A DNA stretch of 64,000 bases from Desulfatiglans sp. (lineage in GTDB: Bacteria > Desulfobacterota > DSM-4660 > Desulfatiglandales > HGW-15): the NCBI GenBank assembly GCA_012513605.1, contig JAAZBV010000011.1, positions 80 to 64,079 on the forward strand, written 5' to 3'. The first letter of the stretch is position 1, and each line of letters opens with the position of its first letter. The position numbers and the translations under genes were made by a program. Shown here piece after piece: positions 59,438-64,000 of this stretch. Below the pieces are notes generated by a model, which saw only the letters and a list, made by a program, of their open reading frames with translations, was not told where the DNA came from and searched no databases.

Positions 59438-60397
59438 CTAGATATTTAAACCTTCCCTTATGCAACCCTTTATAGTCCCCAGAAAGGTCTTCTTATAGGC
59501 CTTCTCACACCTGCTCAAATGGGGCAGAGCCTTACTCAGATCATATGCCAGCTCCCTGCATGACTGGTACCTCTCTTCAACATTTTTGGCTGTTGCCTTT
59601 TTTATAATAGGCTGAAAAATGGCCTGCACAGGCGGTGACTGCGTGGATAAAGGCGCAGGTTTTTCATTAATTACCTTATAGAGTGTGGTATAAGGATTTT
59701 CCCCTTCAAAGGCCTTTCTACCCTCGATAAGTTCATAAAGAACGCACCCCAGTGAAAAGACATCGCTTGCCTTGGTTGCAGCAAAACCTTTAAGCTGCTC
59801 AGGCGACATATAGCTTGGCGTTCCCCAGAACCCCATAGGCTGGGTGCCATCTATCATGAGTGAAAGCCCTAAATCGGTTATCTTTGGAATTCCCTGTTTG
59901 TTCAGAATAATGTTTGAGGGCTTTATATCCCTGTGAATGACGCTGTTTTCATGAGCAAAATGTATCCCCTTGCATATATCTATCATTACCTCGCTTACCC
60001 TTGTTAAGGGCAGTAAATTTTTTATATCACAGAAGACATCAAGTGTATCGCCTTCTATATATTCCATAATGATATAAGCAAATTCAGGGCCTGCGTTCGA
60101 ATCATAGATAAAAACAATATTGTCATGCATAAGTTTCCCAACAAGTCTCGCCTCTGAGACAAATCTGTCTACCCCTTTATTTGAAACCTTAACAGCTACA
60201 TATCTCTTTTCAACCTTATCCCATGCCTTATAAACGAGCCCTGTGGCCCCTCGCCCCAGTATCTTGTTAAATTTGTACCTGTCATCACCTGTAGGATTAA
60301 GGCATATATCATCCGAATTTTTCATGACCATCTTTTTAAAAAGATCAAATACCGTTCTATTATGTTCTTCAAAATCATTACCGTTTGAGAAGGTCAT
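59438..60397 (-). CDS. Soluble Hanks-type Ser/Thr protein kinase (319 aa)
   Basis: 'GRGATGLVYKA', 'HRDIKPSNIIL', 'DLGLS', 'GTPSYMSPE'. Confidence 0.92.
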   Translation of the reverse strand: MTFSNGNDFEEHNRTVFDLFKKMVMKNSDDICLNPTGDDRYKFNKILGRGATGLVYKAWDKVEKRYVAVKVSNKGVDRFVSEARLVGKLMHDNIVFIYDSNAGPEFAYIIMEYIEGDTLDVFCDIKNLLPLTRVSEVMIDICKGIHFAHENSVIHRDIKPSNIILNKQGIPKITDLGLSLMIDGTQPMGFWGTPSYMSPEQLKGFAATKASDVFSLGCVLYELIEGRKAFEGENPYTTLYKVINEKPAPLSTQSPPVQAIFQPIIKKATAKNVEERYQSCRELAYDLSKALPHLSRCEKAYKKTFLGTIKGCIREGLNI

Positions 60398-60486
60398 TTC
60401 AACTCCGGCATAAAGAATTTCTAATACAATTAATGTCTGTTTCGAATATGCAATTATTCATATATTTTAAACCTTACTGTGTCGAT

Positions 60487-62304
60487 CTATCTTTTTATCC
60501 TGAATATTAAAGTCGCATTTTTTAATTTTTGAAATTTTGCTGCCTTTGATTTTAAAGACTTCAGCAGTTTCACCAGCCCCTGATAATCCTGGAATCTGTT
60601 ATCCGGTTCTTTGGCCATCATTTTTTCAATAACCTTTCCAAGTGCTGTTGATATTGCAGGATTTTTCTTTCTTAAAGGTGTAAGCTCCTCATTCAGGTGT
60701 TTGAGAAGCACCTCTTCTGCTGATTCACCCTCAAATGGCGCAAACCCTGTAAAGGCATGATAAAAAGATGCGCCCAGCGAATATATATCACTCCTGTGAT
60801 CCATGGGAAGCCCCTGAATAGCTTCAGGTGATATGTAGAATGGAGAACCCACAATGCCCTCTTTATTTTTCTCACCCACATCAGCGGTTATTGCGACACC
60901 AAAATCGACCAGTTTTACAATATCCTGGCTGTTTATCATTATGTTCGCAGGTTTCAGATCCCTGTGAATTATATTTTTCTGACTTACCAGATCAAGCGCT
61001 TCACAGATTGTTATCAAATAATCTAGACCCTTTATTGAATAGAGTTTATCCCCTTTCCTGATCAACTCTGCAAGTGAAGCGCCTTCAATATACTCCATTG
61101 CAAAGTAGAGGATCTGATTCTCGTTGCCAATATGGAATATTGAAGCTATGTTCGGGTGATAAAGCTGAGAAATAAACCTCGCCTCTTTAATAAACATCTC
61201 CCTGAACTTTTCCTGAGCAGCAAGTTCAAAGGCTATTACTTTAAGCGCTACAGTCCTTTCCAGTGCAATATCCCAGCCTTTAAATACGCCCCCCATAGCG
61301 CCCGCGCCTATAAATGAAACAACCTTATAGTTATTCAGCTGCTTGCCAATAAGGCTCTGGTAAAACCTCTTTTCAAGAGATGCCCCTTTATTATTTTCCA
61401 CATTATTCTCTTCTTCTGAATCATCACTACCGCGGGTAATAAATAGTGTTCGCTCAACATTTTTTATAGTCTGGGGCGCTTCCTGAGTCTTTTGCGGTAT
61501 AACCGGCGGGGTTCCTTTCTGTAAATGGGACTTGATATACTTGAGGTAATCAATCCATTCGGCGCTTTTCTCCATCTCTACGCCTATCCCGGCATCTTCC
61601 GAAACATTAAGATTCTTAAAGGTAATGTGTTTTATAATGCCCTTAACAACCGATATCCCGGATGGCAATGAGATCCTTACATAGAGTTCAACCCCGGCCT
61701 TGCCAAGCATTGAGGTCTTGATAAACATCCCTTTGGCGCTGATATTCTTGATCTGACCAGGTATCCAGAGTATGCCATTCCTTGATATCTCTATCTTCAG
61801 GATGCGAAGCAGGGCCGCCCTTTTTGCCTCACGTTTCTCATCATCATTATCCGTTATTTTCACCATCTGTGTGGCGCTGTAGTCTATCTCCTGGTCAGAC
61901 TGAGGTGTACTTTCATTATTATCCTTCTCAGGCGGAGGGCATATCTCGCTAATGCGCGCAGCCATATCCACAGGCTCCATGGGATATACGATAAAATCTG
62001 TTGCCCCGTCCTGAAATGCCCTTTTTGCACTTCCCTGATCATTGAGTGGGACACAGAAAATAAATGGAATCTTATCCCTCAGAGGGTCATTCTTAAGAAA
62101 ACGCAGCAGGTCGTAACCGCTGACATCGCTTAATTTATTGTCACACAGAATAAGCTCGATAACATCAGACGACAGTGAAGATAGCACTCCCCGCATGTCC
62201 ATTGCTGTTGATACAGAATAGCCGTAATTGAAGAGAGAATCAGATACTTCCTTCAAAAATTTCTCATCTCTGTTTATAAAGAGTATTTTTTTTCTATTGT
62301 TCAT
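60487..62304 (-). CDS. Receiver (REC) - PilZ - Hanks Ser/Thr kinase fusion (605 aa)
   Basis: REC: 'KILFINRDE ... ELILCDNKL'. PilZ: 'REAKR' (RxxxR) followed about 25 aa later by 'NISAKG' (NxSxxG). Kinase: 'GAGAMGGVFKG', 'HRDLKPANIMI', 'DFGVA', 'GSPFYISPE'. Confidence 0.88.
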   Translation of the reverse strand: MNNRKKILFINRDEKFLKEVSDSLFNYGYSVSTAMDMRGVLSSLSSDVIELILCDNKLSDVSGYDLLRFLKNDPLRDKIPFIFCVPLNDQGSAKRAFQDGATDFIVYPMEPVDMAARISEICPPPEKDNNESTPQSDQEIDYSATQMVKITDNDDEKREAKRAALLRILKIEISRNGILWIPGQIKNISAKGMFIKTSMLGKAGVELYVRISLPSGISVVKGIIKHITFKNLNVSEDAGIGVEMEKSAEWIDYLKYIKSHLQKGTPPVIPQKTQEAPQTIKNVERTLFITRGSDDSEEENNVENNKGASLEKRFYQSLIGKQLNNYKVVSFIGAGAMGGVFKGWDIALERTVALKVIAFELAAQEKFREMFIKEARFISQLYHPNIASIFHIGNENQILYFAMEYIEGASLAELIRKGDKLYSIKGLDYLITICEALDLVSQKNIIHRDLKPANIMINSQDIVKLVDFGVAITADVGEKNKEGIVGSPFYISPEAIQGLPMDHRSDIYSLGASFYHAFTGFAPFEGESAEEVLLKHLNEELTPLRKKNPAISTALGKVIEKMMAKEPDNRFQDYQGLVKLLKSLKSKAAKFQKLKNATLIFRIKR

Positions 62305-62383
62305 CGCCGTATGGATTAAACCCTTAAAATGAACTCCGTGAGTATCAAATTTTTCTAATCAAGACATAAGGTCATCATCTGAT

Positions 62384-63244
62384 TCAGCTTCCATTAGCTT
62401 TCCCATTGGTGTCTGGTTTCAGGCATATCTGGACCGCGAAATATTGAGAACCTGCCCTGAAAATAAGCACCGCAATAGGCATCTTATCTGAGTGGCCCAG
62501 CTGGTGCCCGCTGCCTACTATTACTGATGGGAGTGATATCTCAAAGTGATAGGGCTGCCCGACAAAATCCTTTTTAGTAGAGCCTCCAATCATATTTACA
62601 ATCTCAGCCACACCATCATGGATAAATTCAGCATTTATCTTATCTTCATCTGTGCCCATCATTCTTGCTATTATGGTCTGGGCCAGAGGCCAGTAGAAGG
62701 TTATACCCAGGATACCTTCTGCCCTGCCGGTAAGGGCTATCAACCCAGAAACATCGCCAAATATCTTAAAATCATTATCAAAATATACCTCTTCAAAAGA
62801 CACATCCAGAGAAGCAACTGTTTTGAGCACCGTGCATGTATTTTTTACAAATGAATTGATATATTCTGTTTCTTCCTTTAGCGGCTGCCGGTTGGGAATA
62901 AGGTGACCACTTAATATCTGTCTTATCGCAGCAGGAGGATCCTGTAAAGATATCACCTCAGTGGCGCCGGCAGTAATAAATGATTCTATTGAGCCTTTAT
63001 TATCCATAACCCTGAAAACGATAATCGGGATGTTCCTGAAATGGCATGCATACCTTAATTTGCGTATCTGTTTTGACAGTTCAGGGTTTTCATCCCCTTC
63101 CTGTAATATGATCATCCTGTAGTCTTTGAGTTCCCTGATGTTTTTAAAGGAGAGGCTCTCCAGGGTTATGGTATCACCAAGAAGATCATTTAAAAAATTT
63201 ATGATCGGGGGACTGCAATCAATAGCAATTATTTTGTTTGGCAT
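62384..63244 (-). CDS. Degenerate receiver domain fused to a CheX-like (CheC-superfamily) phosphatase domain
   Basis: CheX-like: 'GDVSGLIALTGRAEGILGITF', 'DGVAEIVNMIGGSTKKDF', 'ISLPSVIVGSG'. The N-terminal REC-like fold has Gln where the phospho-acceptor Asp is expected ('RMIILQEGD'). Confidence 0.8.
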   Translation of the reverse strand: MPNKIIAIDCSPPIINFLNDLLGDTITLESLSFKNIRELKDYRMIILQEGDENPELSKQIRKLRYACHFRNIPIIVFRVMDNKGSIESFITAGATEVISLQDPPAAIRQILSGHLIPNRQPLKEETEYINSFVKNTCTVLKTVASLDVSFEEVYFDNDFKIFGDVSGLIALTGRAEGILGITFYWPLAQTIIARMMGTDEDKINAEFIHDGVAEIVNMIGGSTKKDFVGQPYHFEISLPSVIVGSGHQLGHSDKMPIAVLIFRAGSQYFAVQICLKPDTNGKANGS

Positions 63245-63330
63245 TTATTAATCTCCATCATTTCATATTCTGTCAAAATTCCTTGAATATGTGTTTTGAA
63301 AAGGCAAAACACATATAATCCTTTCAAAGA

Positions 63331-63693
63331 TCAGATAGAACTATTTATGAATTTAATAAGCTCTTCGTTAGTAAAAGGTTTAGTGAGATATCCTTTTGCG
63401 CCCGCCTTCTTTGCGATGCTAACCTTGTCATCTTCAGATTCTGTTGAGATCATCAATACCGGAATATCTTTATACTTTTCATTTTTTTTTAATAATTTCA
63501 AGCAGTCCAGCCCTGTCATGCCTGGCATATTCCAGTCCATGAAAATAGCCCCTATTTTACCATCATGGTTTTCAAGCTGTTCAAACACCTCCTGCCCGCT
63601 GCCGGCCTGGATTATCTCTGTACCCATTGGCCGCATGGCATTCTGTATTATGTTTCTCATAACTTTTGAATCGTCTGCTATAATTACTTTCAT
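63331..63693 (-). CDS. Single-domain CheY-like response regulator
   Basis: 'KVIIADDS', 'AIFMDWNMPGMTG', 'VLMISTE', 'GYLTKPF'. All canonical receiver residues are present. Confidence 0.93.
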   Translation of the reverse strand: MKVIIADDSKVMRNIIQNAMRPMGTEIIQAGSGQEVFEQLENHDGKIGAIFMDWNMPGMTGLDCLKLLKKNEKYKDIPVLMISTESEDDKVSIAKKAGAKGYLTKPFTNEELIKFINSSI

Positions 63694-63889
63694 ACTATAC
63701 CCTCACAATATGTAGTTTATTAGACCTGTGATTTCAGCATCTAAAACTGGAAAAAATATTTTGTAACTACCATATATCGACACATAGTAACAATTTCTTA
63801 AATATACAGGCTATTTTTCTTTACTTGACCTTATTTTTTTTAATTCCCAAAAAAAACATCAATCAGTGACTGGATTGAAAGAGGTGTAT

Positions 63890-64000
63890 CATGTGCCAGG
63901 GAGAAAGACAGGATAAAGCACAAAAAACAGAAAATGGGGTTACATTACATTATAGTATTCGGCAAAAACATCTTTTACACACTATGCGGAATCATTTTAA
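63890..64000 (+). CDS. Possible 5' end of a CDS running off the right edge
   Basis: ATG at 63890 with AGAGG 7 nt upstream, open to the window end (MCQGERQDKAQKTENGVTLHYSIRQKHLL...). No recognisable motif. Confidence 0.25.

Overview
64-kb window, probably from an uncultivated anaerobic bacterium. It encodes a multihaem cytochrome c, a candidate selenoprotein and many Hanks-type kinases, but the phylum cannot be fixed from sequence alone. I support about 58 CDS. I saw no rRNA, tRNA, CRISPR array, transposase or integrase.

Layout:
(1) 1-8.4 kb is a visibly A+T-richer defence-type island. It holds a PstI/BsuBI-like type II R-M pair, an SNF2 helicase followed by an Hsp70/actin-fold ATPase (truncated by the window edge), and an ORF6N/KilA-N protein.
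(2) 8.9-16.2 kb holds envelope and membrane proteins, an HTH plus membrane-protein pair, a methyltransferase-NUDIX operon and an MNT/HepT toxin-antitoxin pair.
(3) 16.8-35 kb is a plant-cell-wall (arabinoxylan/hydroxycinnamate-type) locus. It has two GH43 enzymes, four alpha/beta esterases including a tannase/feruloyl-esterase family member, three MFS transporters, a Tat-exported FAD flavoprotein, an FGE-like protein and an MBL hydrolase.
(4) 35.2-37.5 kb: two track ORFs are really one reading frame interrupted only by a TGA inside a U-x-x-C motif. This is a candidate exported selenoprotein, followed by a secreted DUF4352-like protein.
(5) 37.9-42.7 kb holds vapBC embedded in GC-rich hairpin repeats, an ECF sigma factor with a small membrane protein, a DUF853/HerA-like ATPase and a hexahaem cytochrome c.
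(6) 43-54.5 kb is housekeeping: plsC, glutaminyl cyclase, thioesterase, pyrF, sigmaE/anti-sigma/DegP, aspS, hisS, UDP-glucose dehydrogenase and an epimerase.
(7) 55-63.7 kb is a seven-gene signalling operon: CheY, pseudo-receiver-CheX, REC-PilZ-Ser/Thr kinase, kinase, CHASE2-kinase, PP2C and a double-FHA protein.

Intergenic DNA throughout is packed with several families of short hairpin 'word' repeats.

Best leads: the TGA/selenocysteine fusion protein, the SNF2 + Hsp70-like module next to the R-M system, and the PilZ-containing Hanks kinase operon.
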